Source: Octopus vulgaris (Eukaryota). Taken from it: a stretch of 64,000 nt of DNA. Below are positions 13,103-26,910 of the stretch, one piece after another. How positions within the stretch are numbered: the stretch's first letter is position 1; each line of letters begins with the position of its first letter. The DNA lies in the NCBI GenBank assembly GCA_951406725.2, contig OX597825.1, positions 16,864,001 through 16,928,000 on the forward strand, read 5' to 3'. Under the pieces are notes generated by a model. The model saw only the letters and a program-made list of their open reading frames with translations. It did no database searches and was not told where the DNA came from. The translations under genes were made by a program, and so were the position numbers.

Positions 13103-14199
13103 ATACTTATACTTTCTGGCACTTCTGTATTTATTTCAGTATTTATATTATGCTACGCAACCGGGGCTACCTTTTCGTGTACCAGCCTGTATATATATAT
13201 ATAAACATATACATATTTATACCTATGTATATATGCGTATATGTTTGTGTGTGTGTGCGTACGTGTGTGTATATGTATATATGTATGTATATCCGTATGT
13301 ATGTATATTTATGTACATGTAGACATGCATCTATGCAATAAAGATGTTGCCAACTTACAAAACACTTGAAGTGTTTGACAATATTTTCACTCGTATAAAT
13401 GCTGACATTTCTTTCAGCTCTTGTCGGTTCTGACAGTAAATAACACATCATAATATACAGCTGACAAGTCTATCAATGCCAGCACTACGCCCCATACCTC
13501 AGATTATTTATATGAAACGCTGAAGTAACTAACGAAATCTCTGTGTGTACGTTCTACATTTCCACAACAGTAGCCAGTTTCTTTAAAATCGTGTATGAGA
13601 ACAGGAAGGCCATACTGTATATACTCATATATACAAATCTAGCTGAGAGAAGGATATAATATTTAAGATTGTCACTGTTTTGATCAATATTGTTCTGTTA
13701 AATATAGTGATTAAATATCCCTCAATTCAAATTAAACCATGTTTAAAATGTGATGGGTTAAAATGACGATGTAGAATAGGATATTTTAAAAGGTGGAACG
13801 GTCATAGTTGGGTTGGATTTGTTTAGAGATCTAGTAGACTGGGGTTGTTTTGCTAGTGAAAAGCAGGAAGAACATCAGTACCATATCGTCCATATTCCCA
13901 GTATCTAACGGTGAAAGTCATCTAGCTTCCTAGAAATAAAAGCCAAACATTACATATAAGGCACACCATTCATCTTCAAAGATAAGGAACTTTTAAGGAC
14001 AGAATAAATGAAATATTAGTCAGTAGGTCTTTCGTCATCATCAATGTCTATCCTTCTATATGTTGCATTTTGTTGTTGGCTAATAATAAAAGCTTGTTTT
14101 AAAGGAGAATCTTGCCTCTCACAATATGTAAAAAATTCTCCCTGACTACTTCATAAGGCTGACCTCAGTTTACGCATCTGCATCACTCTTTTCTGCCTC

Positions 14200-14680
14200 C
14201 TTTTCTTCATCAGCACTACTGCCACCGCCGACGTGTCAGCAGCAGTCTTTGATGCAGCTACCAGAGCCGCTGCCTCTGCCACTACCACTGCTGCTACTAT
14301 TCTTGCCTAGCCATTGCTGCCGCAGTTGCTGTCACAGCCGCAAACGCCGCTGGTGCCGCCGTCATTACCGCTACCCCTGCCACCGCTTCTACCACTGCTA
14401 CCTCGTTCTATATTGACAATCACGTCGCTACCATTTCCACAGCTGCCGCCTCCAATTCTGTCGCTGCCGCCGCCTCTTCCACCTACGCCTCTTTCGCCTT
14501 CGCCCCTTCCGCCTCTTTCGCCTCTTTCGCCTCTTCGCCTCCGCCTCTTTCGCCTCCGCCTCTTCCACCTCCACCCCTTCCGCCTCCGCCCCTTTCTGCC
14601 GCCTCCTCTTCCGCCTCCGCCCCCGTTTCAGCCTCCGCCTCCGTTTCAGCCTCCGCCTCCACAACGACTACTGCTGCCGT
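14200..14680. repeat. GC-rich decayed (GCC/CCT)n low-complexity tract
   Basis: gcctcc, gcctctttc and gcctccgcctccgtttca repeats. Confidence 0.8.
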
Positions 14681-15759
14681 CTTTATGATTAGTGCGAGCG
14701 AATTTGTGAAATTTTCTTTTCATTCATTCTTGAACAAATCACTCGGGCAAGGAAGCATTTTCTTTCGTGACGCATATAGTCCACGCGTTTTCTATACCTG
14801 AAAGTGACCTAAGTTTAGTAAAATATTTTCGATTACGAGCGCTATCAAGTAATGGTTTTCTCTCTAGATTAATGGTGCTTTTGATATCGCAATGAGTTTT
14901 CTAGCACTCTTCTCTCACTCATAATTAGATGGACTATGAAACTGGGATAAAAATGAAATCCTCTTTGGAATGTTTTTTCGCTTTCTTGTTGGTTTACCAT
15001 ATTGGGAGCAAGTTTATATAGTTTATCGTATTGGGGGAATGTTTATATGTTTCCTATTTCACCGCTTGTTTCATATTCATTCCTAGCCCTTCTCCACATT
15101 ATCGAAGAGATTGACCTGGAAGCGGGCTGCTAATCCTCGGCATTTTGCACAGAAACCGTGACGATTTCTTTCATCTTTTGATAAACGAATGGTGGCGGTC
15201 AGGAAACAGTAGCTCCTCCTCTTATATATTAATCACTACCTTTGTTGCTTCACAAAAAACGTTACTGCCTGAATGTGCATCTTATTCTTTTTCTAATTAA
15301 CTTCCTTGTATCTCAGAATTATTTCGTTTTTGTAGGACCCTTTTCGGTGCTAATTTCTCTGATGTTAAAAAAAAAAACTCTTCCCGCTTCTTCAGTAGGA
15401 ACTCAGTAATTCCTAGCCTGAAAATAAAATAAGATAAGATAATGACAAAGTCAAGATATTTTGTGCAACTCTGGTATAAGAAAGACTCCACCAACACATA
15501 TAAACATACGTTCATCTACACAAACACACTAACACATACACACTCAGAGACACACACAAATGCTCTGTTACAGACTCAAGCTCGCGCACACGCACATAAT
15601 CACACACACGCACGCACACTGGAACAGACACAAAAAAACATACACAAACACACACAGAGGCACATACATTTTCCTCATGTAAAAATTGATAATGATTAAA
15701 ATTTCGCTGCGAAATTTGAAAATACATCCTTTCAATTAAAAAAAAACAAAACAAATGAA

Positions 15760-15802
15760 AACAACACTAACAGCAATAACGACAACAATAATAATAACAG
15801 GA

Positions 15803-15859
<57 letters not shown>

Positions 15860-15901
15860 GTAATGAAAATAATTATAATAATAATAATAATGATGATGAT
15901 G

Positions 15902-15954
<53 letters not shown>

Positions 15955-16005
15955 TATAATGATAATAATAATGCTGATGATGATGATGGTGATAATAATA
16001 ACAAA

Positions 16006-16068
<63 letters not shown>

Positions 16069-16075
16069 CAAAAAC
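15760..16075. repeat. (TAA)n microsatellite
   Basis: Direct. Confidence 0.95.
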
Positions 16076-16292
16076 AAAAACAGAAAGAAAAAACGTTTCA
16101 ATTCTGATATCTCACAATATATCATTATACAAATGATAGAAATGAAAATTGAGAGATACTCATATACAATACATATTGCACAAACAAGTATCTATGTACA
16201 AATACGTACGCCCGCACAGACACACAATCACACACATACATTCACACATACATGGATATAAATTTACATATAGACAGATTGACACGCATGCT

Positions 16293-16334
<42 letters not shown>

Positions 16335-16775
16335 TCACATACATATATTTCTTATAAATATATAGTTATATTACAATATATTTCTTAATGCTAATTATAA
16401 TTTCTTTGAAAAATCCTCGTGGAAAAATCATTTTATCGGAATCTCTGAATAAAATCCATCTTTCCCCTTTTTATATCTGTTTCGTTTTTCCTGTTTTTTT
16501 TTTCCTTTTTTAAACCCGTTTCTCCTCCATAAATATTCTCCAATGTTTCAACAAGTCATGTCGGCATGGACATTTATTTTATGGAATGGGAGTTTGTGTT
16601 AGGGCTCCTCAAAATAAAACTTCACGCTTCGCTGACATTAAATAAAAATGTACATATATCGCTGGTTGAAGGATCTTCATTGAGAGAATAAATATGAAAG
16701 CGATGGGGGTTCAAAACATTCATCGAAATTAATGTAGAATCATGGTTTGGTCTGAAGTTGTTAATGTTGCAAACA

Positions 16776-16781
16776 TCATCG

Positions 16782-16814
<33 letters not shown>

Positions 16815-16816
16815 CC

Positions 16817-16848
<32 letters not shown>

Positions 16849-17014
16849 CATCATTATTATTATTATTGTTGTTGTTGTTGCTCTTATTATTATCATTATT
16901 CTCTTCCTCCTCGATCTCCTCCATTTCCTCCTCCTCCTCCCCTCTCCTCCTTATTCTTCTCCTTCTTTTTTCTTCTTGTTCTTGTTCTTCTTGTTCTTGT
17001 TCTTGTTCTTCTTC

Positions 17015-17083
<69 letters not shown>

Positions 17084-17131
17084 TCATTATTATTATTATT
17101 ATCATTATTATTATTATTATTATCATCATCA

Positions 17132-17186
<55 letters not shown>

Positions 17187-17205
17187 TTCATCATCATTAT
17201 TATTA

Positions 17206-17269
<64 letters not shown>

Positions 17270-17280
17270 TGTTATTATTG
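16776..17280. repeat. Compound (CAT)n/(TTG)n/(CTT)n/(TTA)n trinucleotide array
   Basis: Direct. Confidence 0.95.
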
Positions 17281-18094
17281 TATGTCACTATGACAAGGCT
17301 TGTTTCGAAACGCTTTTGTTTCGTGACTTTGATTCTTATTCGGTTGTCTGTTTGTGTTGTCTGTTTGTGTGTCATTCATATGACTTTAGTTAAAGAAAGG
17401 GACGCATCTGGTTGTTAATGTCTCTCTCTCAAGTTGTGGGAGAAAAAGAAGATACGTGAGTAACATTTATGTTCGCTGACATTTAATACATTATGCTGGA
17501 GAAAACTCCTTCAAAACAGCGGACTTTGACAGCTACACGGAAAAAAGAAAAACACAAACATACTCCCATAAACAAAAAGACCAACTTTCAAATATAAGAT
17601 ATTGTAAAATAATGCATGGTAATTTTGGAACGTAAACATAGAGTTTTGTTGTTTTTAAGGGGAGCAATTTTGATGACTCGCTTATTAATAACAAGAACGG
17701 CAACTGCTACAACAACATGAGCTACAGTATCCGGGTGAGCCCACACAGATTTGCAATGGTCAGGCTCAGTAAGAAACTCTCGGATATAGACAAGGTCGTT
17801 TCAGAGAAGAAAATATTTCGCTAGCAATGTGTTACAAGTGGCTGTTTCTTCGCCGGTGGAAACATATTAGGGACTAAAAGGACTGAATTCAAATATCCCT
17901 ATTTAAGAAAGCTCGGTGTATGGTGTACCCCTTAATGACGAATTAAATGAAGTCCTTGCAAATGTATCTTATACAATTCTGTCCATTTAAATGGGGTAGA
18001 GCATACGGTATTTTATGTCTAATATTCAAGAACAAGGAATTGAAGGAGGCGCTAAATCTGCAAATACGGAGAATACTATGCAACCGTCATTGGG

Positions 18095-18510
18095 CTTCTT
18101 ATTTCTTTATTGCCCACAAGGATCTAACCAAAGAGGGGACAAACAAGAACAGATAAAGGGATTAAGTCTATTACATCGACCCCATTGCGTAACTGGTACG
18201 GAATTTATCGACCCTGAAAGGATGAAAGGCAAATTCGACCTCGGTGGAATTTGAACTCAGAACGTAAGGGCAGACGAAATACCTATTTCTTTACCACCCA
18301 CAAGGAGCTAAACACAGAGGGGACAAACAAGGACAGACAAACGGATTAAGTCGATTACATCGACCCCAGTGCGTAACTGGTACTTAATTTATCGGCACCG
18401 AAAAGATGAAAAGCAAAGTCGATCTCGGCGGAATTTGAACTCAGAACGTAGCGGCAGACGAAATATCGCTAAGCATTTCGCCCTGCGTGCTAACGTTTCT
18501 GCCAGCTCAT
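18095..18510 (-). mobile_element. SINE family B, tandemly duplicated
   Basis: Two units of tatttcttta..ggggacaaacaag.acaga..gaactcagaacgta about 180 bp apart, plus the head. Confidence 0.9.
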
Positions 18511-19258
18511 CAGGTTTCTGCTACACCACAAGGAGGAGTGCAACACAAGCAAGAGAGTTAGCTGCAATTTCAGTTTCTTTTATTTGCGTCTTCCTGACTC
18601 ATTTCTGGTACAATATGTACGACGAAATACGTGTTTGTGCGCCCACGATGTAGAACATGTTGAAAATGTTATCGTGGGTGCAGAGCATAAAATATAATTC
18701 TTTCATTTGTGATAGCTGAAGAAACGAAGAGAAAATACACTGAGCAACAGTAAAATTAGCAACAGCGACTGAGGGACACGGCGGTTCATGTCCAAACATC
18801 AATGCTTATTTTATTTCTTATTTCATTTTCTCTGCCATCCCAATTCGGTCTTCATTCGCACGACATTGACGCATGTGAGTGAGGTAATACTGTTGACAGA
18901 GCGGTCTTGTCAACTTCATTCATAATTTTTAGAGGATTGCTAGGCTGTGCTATTACAACACTTGTCTTCCCGTCTTGGTGTTATGTTGCCAGATTTGCAG
19001 CTGAGAGTCGTATTTTCCCGGTCGTAACAGTGAAGTTGTTTTGCTATTCAGCGACATCTCTCTTAGATAAGAATTGAACATCTATAAAACTGATAGAGAT
19101 GAAAATGTGATGGATGACCAGATTAGCCTGACTGCTCTTCCAAGTGAAGTGTGAGGAGAATAATTCACCGATATTTCGCCGCAAACGCGGTGGGTTCGGA
19201 GCACTAAGGACATGTAATCTTACTCCCCAAATTACTGGCGTTCGCATACTATAGTCCC

Positions 19259-19395
19259 GTTCTGAGTTCAAAGTCCGCCGAGGTCGACTTTGCCTTTCAT
19301 CCTTTCGCACTGGGGTCGATGTAATCGACTTAATACCTTTGTCTGTCCTTGTTTGTCCCCTCAATGTTTAGCCCCTTGTGGGTAATAAAGAAATA
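19259..19395 (+). mobile_element. 5'-truncated SINE family B with TSD tatagtccc
   Basis: tatagtccc occurs on both sides of the SINE fragment. Confidence 0.85.
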
Positions 19396-19952
19396 TATAG
19401 TCCCATTGCTCGAATCATTTTCGCCACTGTCATATCTTCACAAATTGAAGTGAATCTTGAAAATGTCAATGAGAGTTTGATAAAACCTGATTGACTTTTC
19501 GTCTTTATGCGGAATGCGAAGTTCCTGCCAAGGATGAAATTGGAGAGGATGAGAAAAGTTAATTTGTCCAAGAGATGGTGACTCCGGCGATATGTGTTAG
19601 CGGAGAAGGACCTATTATAAATTTGTATCCGAAATTCGAATAACGACAACTAGGGAAACTTAGCTGTCTGCATGAGAGTAATTTTGGGTCCATAGGAGTT
19701 CCATGGTCAACTTCAGCTGGAAGTACTTGTGTATAAAGAAATCTGTGTAATTCTATACGTATGTATCGTGCAAATGGCATTTGTCATCGGATTATATTTA
19801 GCCTCTCCCATATTTTATGTTGCTTATCTTTGTAATCTTCCTTTCATCCTACGCTCCTGTGGCAAATAAAACAACTCTTCTTTTGCCTCCTCCTCATCAA
19901 TTTCTTCATTGTTATTATAGTTGTTTTGTTGCTGTTGTTGTTGTTGTTGTTG

Positions 19953-20016
<64 letters not shown>

Positions 20017-20039
20017 CAACATTATTATTATTATTATTG

Positions 20040-20165
20040 AGTGAGAGAGCAGTGCATGCCATCAAAGTGACACTGGGGTAAAATATGCGAAACTCAGTAT
20101 ACCCGTCATGACAACCCGTCTGATAAAGGTACACCAGGCACATGCATCACAGCCATATATGTGCA
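20040..20165. mobile_element. Short complex insert inside (TTA)n, possibly the 3' end of a microsatellite-targeting LINE
   Basis: About 125 bp of non-repetitive sequence embedded between (TTA)n runs; R4/Dong LINEs are known to target TAA repeats (assignment is inference). Confidence 0.35.
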
Positions 20166-20267
20166 ATTATTATTATTATTGGTGTTGTGATTATCATTGC
20201 TGCTGTTGCTGTTGCTGTTGTTGTTGTTCATCTTCTTCTTCCTCTGCTTCTTCTCCTTCTTCTTCTT

Positions 20268-20381
<114 letters not shown>

Positions 20382-21335
20382 GACAATTAAATGAGTCAGT
20401 GACGTTGGCTCTGGAAGCCCAACAAATAAATATTTGTTTCTATAAGATGCAAGTTCAGTTTTATTGTTTCATAGCTTTGCAAGATATTTCTTAAGAGGAA
20501 AGAAGCATTCAAATTTTTTTCTTGATATAACTCCCTTCTAGGTGAAGATATTGGAAATGTATTTGTCGTTTGCTGACAAGGCAAACAAAATTATTTAGAA
20601 ATTGCAGTTGAAGTAGTAGTAGTAATAGTAGAGGACTATTACAACGAAAGAAGCTACATATCTCTCTGCCTACCGTGGTTAAAAGCCAATATCAAATAAA
20701 GAAGATCAGTGTAAAAGTAGCAAGCTAACACACAAACATACAAAACGCAATTGTAATAACAAAATACAAAGGAAATAGAAAAGAAACTCTTTAAACGGCC
20801 AAAAGTAATAAAAACAACTCCACAAACAACAAAATATGAGAACATCTGTAAGAAGAAGAAGAATAAAAATGAATAAGAATAACACGGTAAGAACAATAAC
20901 GGTTACATCAACACAGGAGCCAGAAGCCAAAACGATACGTAGATTCAACACCCAAACATAGCCTGGAAAATAAATGAAGCCAAGAAATATATAAACGGAG
21001 CAGTGAAATCTGAGGAAACTAGTGTTGATTGACGGCAAGTATTTTCTCTGTACAGGTATATTCGAGGTTCATTCTTTCCGTTTATCTGTTTTACAAACAC
21101 ATTCGTCAAAGTAGTACCAAATTTATAATTAGTTGAGCAAGCTTCTCAGTGAAGAAATGTTTCAATTAGAATAACTATGATGTATATTGTGAAGTTCATA
21201 TTTGTCAAGTTACGACGTAATTGCCGCCTGGTATTTTTCAGCTATGAGTCATAAATGCTTTTCTTGTAGAGTACTACTGTGAGCATGTTAGCACCTTGAT
21301 AAGGATGTTACTTTGTATGTACACACACACACGTG

Positions 21336-21395
<60 letters not shown>

Positions 21396-21410
21396 GTATA
21401 TCCTTACTAT

Positions 21411-21604
21411 TTTACTCTTTTACTTGTTTCAGTCATTTGACTGCGGCCATGCTGGAGCATCTCCTTTAGTCGAGAAAATCGACCCAAGGACTTATTCTTT
21501 GGAAGCCTAGTACGTATTTCGCTAAGTTACGGGGACGTAAAAACACCAGCAACGGTTGTCAAGCGATGTTGGTGGACAAACAAGGACACACAAACATATA
21601 CATA

Positions 21605-21651
<47 letters not shown>

Positions 21652-21809
21652 CGGGCTTCTTTCAGTTTCCCTCTAGCAAATCCACTCACAAGGATTTGGT
21701 CGGCCCGAGGCTACTGTAGAAGACACTTATCCAACGTACCACGCAGTTGTAATGAACCTGGAACCATGTGGTTGGAAGCAAGCTACTTACCACACAGCCA
21801 CGCCTGCGC
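21411..21809 (-). mobile_element. SINE family A
   Basis: Reverse complement of family consensus; small internal deletion. Confidence 0.9.
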
Positions 21810-22611
21810 ATATGTATGTTTGTATGTATGTATGTATGTATGTATGTATGTATGTACATCTAAACGCGTTCACTTCGTTTCTATTGAGCTCTCCTCGTAA
21901 CGTTTCCTTAAATTCACCATTCGGAGGATTATCTTTAAAAAAAAAAGATATGACACCCCTTTTACTTTAAGTATTAATTTTTTGCCATATTATTTGCGAC
22001 ACTTGTACTGATGAAAAACATTCAGCCACATTCTTTGAAGTAACACGTGTTCGTTTCCACTTCTAAATTCTCTTCCCCAGCCGCGCATTTTGTTCTAACT
22101 TCCATTAGATCCTCATAATACAACATTTCTCTATGTGTCGCCAGCATCTCAACGAAGACCATCTTCTACGGTTTGTTTAAACATTACATCACTCGCCTTT
22201 GTCACTATAGCTTGCTTGTATTCAGCTGTTGGGTATCCTGTAGAGTTATGTGTTTGATTCTAAACACCATTCGTAGCATAGAGAGGTTCTCTCATCATAA
22301 TATTGCGGAGCTATATCATCTACGTTACTATAAGTTGAAAGTGTTCCAATAATCTCTAACTGTACGTTTCTCCTTTCTATCAATTGTCTTCAAGAGTTCT
22401 TAGATAATATGTCTCAGAGTTAGCCACGACGTCTTGACCTACTGACTTGAACTTCCTTGTTCCAGCCAATAGTTCAAGGAAATGTATTCTTGGCAATATA
22501 TTCAACTCTTACGCTATCAAAAATATTATTCAAATGAACTGAGTGGTTTAATGCAATACATAACAGAGCAATACCTTGCTGGATATATTATGCCTGGCGA
22601 TATCTCTTTTT

Positions 22612-23028
22612 CTCTCTTTTCTCTTCTATTTGTTTCAGTCATTTGACTGTGGCCATGCTGGAGCACCGCCTTTAGTCGAGCAAATCGACCCTAGGACATA
22701 TTCTTAGTAAGCCTAGTACTTATTCTATCGGTCTCTTTTGCCGAATCGCTATGTTTCGGGGACGTAAACACATCAGCATCGGTTGTCAAGCGATGTTGGG
22801 GGACAAACAAAGACACACAAACATATACACACATATACAGACAAACAAACATACACAAACACACACATACGACAGGCCTCTTTCAGTTTCCGTCTACCAA
22901 ATCCACTCACAAGTCTTTGCTCGGCCCGAGGCTATAGTAGAAGACACTTGCCCAAGGTGCCACGCAGTGGAACTGAACCCAGAACCAGAAGTAAGCAAGC
23001 TACTTACCACACATCTAACTCCTACGGC
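22612..23028 (-). mobile_element. SINE family A
   Basis: Homology to other copies. Confidence 0.9.
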
Positions 23029-23212
23029 TATCCTTTTAAATCCTTTTTAAAATAGGAAAATAGGAAAGTAGCCACCCCTACGCCTATCCTTTTATATATT
23101 CTTTTTAAAATATAAAAATATCTGTGAAATAGTATTTGAAAAGGGTTGTAGTTATGAAAGCCAGCTCTGATTTCTTGCTGTATGAATAGTGTAAATTTGT
23201 AATGGTATATAG

Positions 23213-23413
23213 CAGTGGTTTTCAACCAGGGTTCCGCCAGTACAGTCCAGGGGTTCTGCAAGATGTTACAAAACTGCTAAAGTCGGCAGTAATTTTTAAT
23301 TCTCCTGTGCAGATATGTGTGCAGAAGACTATTAAATTATTGCACAGGGGTTCCTCGAGCCAGTGGAATGTTTCCTTGGGGTTTCGCTCCAGCAAAAAGG
23401 TTGAAAAGCACTG
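23213..23413. mobile_element. hAT (Charlie-like) MITE, 201 bp
   Basis: TIRs CAGTGGTTTTCAACC / GGTTGAAAAGCACTG; perfect 8-bp TSD gtatatag at 23205-23212 and 23414-23421. Confidence 0.95.
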
Positions 23414-23964
23414 GTATATAGCAATAAAATTATGCTGCTTCGAGGATGCTACTGTGTAGAACTAGTCTTGGTGCAGTTAGGACAGCGTTGCTGCACAACG
23501 GTTGGTAGTGGTGAGGAGGATATTCCCTGAGACATAGCAATGTCATATAATATTCGTGGTGGTGGTGGTGGTGGTGATAGTAGTGTTATATACTGGTGGG
23601 TCTTTGCATTATTAGTTTGACTGTTGGGTATTGTTAATGGTGACGGGGGTGGTTGGATGTGGATGGTATTTGTTGCGGACGACAGCTTTGAGGCATCGAT
23701 GTTGACGGTATACGTTTCTATCCCGGATTAACTCAGTGTCTCAAAACTGTGACATCTATCAGATATAAAAAAAAGAAGAAAAAAAAGGAAAATGGCGGCT
23801 TTAGAACCGGATTATCAGATTATTGGATTTTGCTAGGATAAAGTAGTAATTGTTTGCATGGCTTGGTCGATAACAAAGCCAAGAAATCAGATAACGCTAA
23901 GAACAAAAATAAGAAGACCAAAAAATGAAAACAATAAAATAACACTGGCAACGATAATGGTGAA

Positions 23965-24286
23965 GATGATGATGATGATCAACCTCATCATCATCATCAT
24001 CGTTGTCGTCGTCGTGGTCGTCATCATCATCATCAGCAGCAGCAGCAGCAGCAGTAGCAGGAGCAGCGATGTCAACTTTGCATAATGAAAACCACACTCG
24101 CCGTTACTTACACCTCCCTCTCACAATAGCTACAGAAGTCACCACCAACACTACCACCACTATTAAAGCCGCCACTGCCGTCAGCACCACCACCACCACA
24201 TCCACCACCACCACCACCACCACCACGACGTTTATCAGCAAAATAATCAGTTTCATTATAATCATTAACCCATCACTATCATCTCA

Positions 24287-24351
<65 letters not shown>

Positions 24352-24389
24352 CAATACCACCACTTCTACTATTGCAAATACTACTACTG

Positions 24390-24428
<39 letters not shown>

Positions 24429-24525
24429 TTACTACTACTACTACTACTACTACCGCCTCTACTATTGCTACTACTACCACCTCTACTATTGCAAATACTA
24501 CTACTACCGCCTCTACTATTGCAAA

Positions 24526-24592
<67 letters not shown>

Positions 24593-24735
24593 GCTTCTCT
24601 TTCTGCCACTGCTACTACTATCGCTTCCGCTACTGCTACTAGTGCAACTACTTCTGTCACTGCTGCTACTGCTACCATGACTACTGCTACGACCACTATA
24701 GCTGCTGCTGCTACTACTACTACTACTACTACTAT
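23965..24735. repeat. Compound trinucleotide array, mainly (CTA)n, with a recurring ~30-bp unit ctactacc.cctctactattgcaaatacta
   Basis: Direct. Confidence 0.9.
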
Positions 24736-25034
24736 CAGTGTCGTCCACATCGCGTCCAACAATGTCCGTAGCACACTTTATTACTCACCCACCGACAATT
24801 CCACAAGAAAAACCTCTGCACCCCCTCTACCACCTTCCTACTATTAATTCTACTAATTCTACGACTTCTGTGACTTACACCGCCACCAATTTCACCAATA
24901 ACCCGCTGGCGTCGTCGTCGTCGTCGTCATTCTCAGAATCGTTCGTCCTCCATGTTTGTTCCCAATCAGCAATTGTACAAGTAAGACTATGCCATCCAAT
25001 ATGAAATATAATCACTATCAGCAAAATCTAAACC

Positions 25035-25735
25035 GAACCGCCATCTCCTCTACTATCACCACCAGCACCGCCATTCCCACCACTACCAGCACCGCCACCT
25101 CCAACACTACGTCGACCGGCGGCACCGGCTCCTCCGCCACTATCCCCACCAGCAGCGCCACCTCTGCCACTACGACCACGAGCATCGTCACCTCCATCAC
25201 TAACCCCACGAGCAACGCCACAACCATCACTACCACCACCTGCGCCACCATCTCCACCATTACCACAACGTGCGCCGCCACCTCCGCCACTATCACCACT
25301 ACCACCAGCGCCGTTACCTCCACCACTACCACCACTAGTGCCGACAACACCACAACCACTACCACGAGCGTCGCCATCTCCACTACTACAACCACTAGCG
25401 CCCTCACATCCACCACTACCACCTTCAGCAGCGTTACATCCACCACTACCACCACTTGCACTGACACAACCAACACCACCACCACCACTAGTGGTTTCAC
25501 CTCCACCACTACCATCAGCAGCGGCTCCCCATTCACCACTATCACCACCACCACCACCACCACCACCATGAGCGCCGCCTTCTCCACCACCACCACCACC
25601 ACCACCACTAACGGTTTCACCTCCACCACTACCACCAGCAGCGGCTCCACATTCACCACTATCACCACCAGCGCCGGCATCTCCACCACCATTACCACCA
25701 CCACCACTACAAGTGCCACCGACTACACCATTTCC
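25035..25735. repeat. (ACC)-derived ~33-bp minisatellite (Thr/Ser-rich reading frame)
   Basis: Recurring accaccagcgcc..acctccaccactac units; a 70-bp block at 25481 is repeated at 25601. Confidence 0.8.
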
Positions 25736-26469
25736 ACAACGAACATCTACGAAATTAACTTAGTTATCAAGGGTCACCATCATAATCATCTTCGTCTCCA
25801 ATCATCATGTCAGACCCTTTTTTTCCTATTTTGCTGGCTTCTCTGTCTTCGTTTTTATATAACCACCAATATCCAACATTCCTTCTCAGCAACACATGAA
25901 AGACATCTTAGCGCTGACCGCTCTTTCTTCTTTAGCTTCAGATAATTTGTCTCGATGTACATTAACTGAGGAATTCTGTATTTGATTCTATGTGGGTGTA
26001 TGTTTTAGAAAGAAAAATAAAAAGAAAGTTGGTTGTTATTTCTAGGAGATCTGTGGAACAGGTTAAGGATTCGTATGTTGCTACAAGCGTTATTACGTTG
26101 CTGTGTATTACTGTTGTTCTTTAACCCCAGGTCACGTATGATCAATAAGACAGATCAAGCATATTTTATCTATGTCTGTCACATAGATTGAATTCACTTT
26201 AGACATTATTTTATGTGTCTTTATCTAAGACAGTAGGAAGTAACTGGAAGTGAATTTAGCTGTTATTTCCAGAATATAGACAAACGACTATACAGAACAG
26301 CAATGTCCAACCTAAACTCCATAAATCCATGGGATATTCACAAAGGTAATTCTGGGGATCGGCGAGTTGTTTGATATTTTCAGAAGGCCACAGTGTAAAA
26401 TTTATCATATAACATAATGGTTTAATTATTGTTAGTGACGTGGAGACCCCATTATCAAAAATTGTTTAA

Positions 26470-26910
26470 AATTTTGGCACAAGGACAGAAATTTTGTGGG
26501 AAAGGTTAAATCGATTACACCGAGCCCAACCCCCATTACCCAGCTGGTACTTATTTAATTGGATCCCAAAAGGATGAAAGGCGAGTCTGCCTCGGTGGAA
26601 TTTGAGCTCAGAAAGGTAAAGACGAACGAAATGCCGGTAAGTATTTTGACCAGAGACTTAAAAGTTCTGCCAGCTCGTCGTCTTGTCTCCTTCATTGATA
26701 TTGGCATTAATTTTGACACAAGGCCAGCAATTTCGGAGTGGACGTAAGTCGATTACATCGACCATAGTGCTCCACTGGTACCTATTTTATCGACCCCGAA
26801 AGGGATTGAAAGCAAAGTCGACCTGGGCAGAACTGGAACTCAGAACCCAACGACAGACGAAATGATGCTAGGCATTTTGCCTGGCGTCCTAAAAATGTTA
26901 CCGCCTTCTC
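26470..26910 (-). mobile_element. Two adjacent diverged SINE family B copies
   Basis: Homology at about 26470-26685 and 26710-26910. Confidence 0.8.

Noticed and set aside
12413-13322. Several 150-230 aa Cys/Val- or His/Thr-rich ORFs
   Set aside because: Translations of a (CA)n-derived repeat, open in many frames
14314-14688. Pro-rich / RGG-like ORFs
   Set aside because: Decayed GC-rich short repeats with frame changes; no support for coding
15736-17418. Poly-Ile/Leu/Tyr/Asn ORFs
   Set aside because: Trinucleotide microsatellites
17947-18156. FKNKELKEAL resembling GPCR helix 8
   Set aside because: No NPxxY or upstream transmembrane segments; the ORF runs into a SINE
18488-18515. Minus strand ctgatgagctggcagaaacgtt resembling a hammerhead
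   Set aside because: It is the mutated head of SINE B; helix II cannot close and there is no helix I
24003-24774. Poly-Leu/Val/Ser ORFs
   Set aside because: (CTA)n microsatellite
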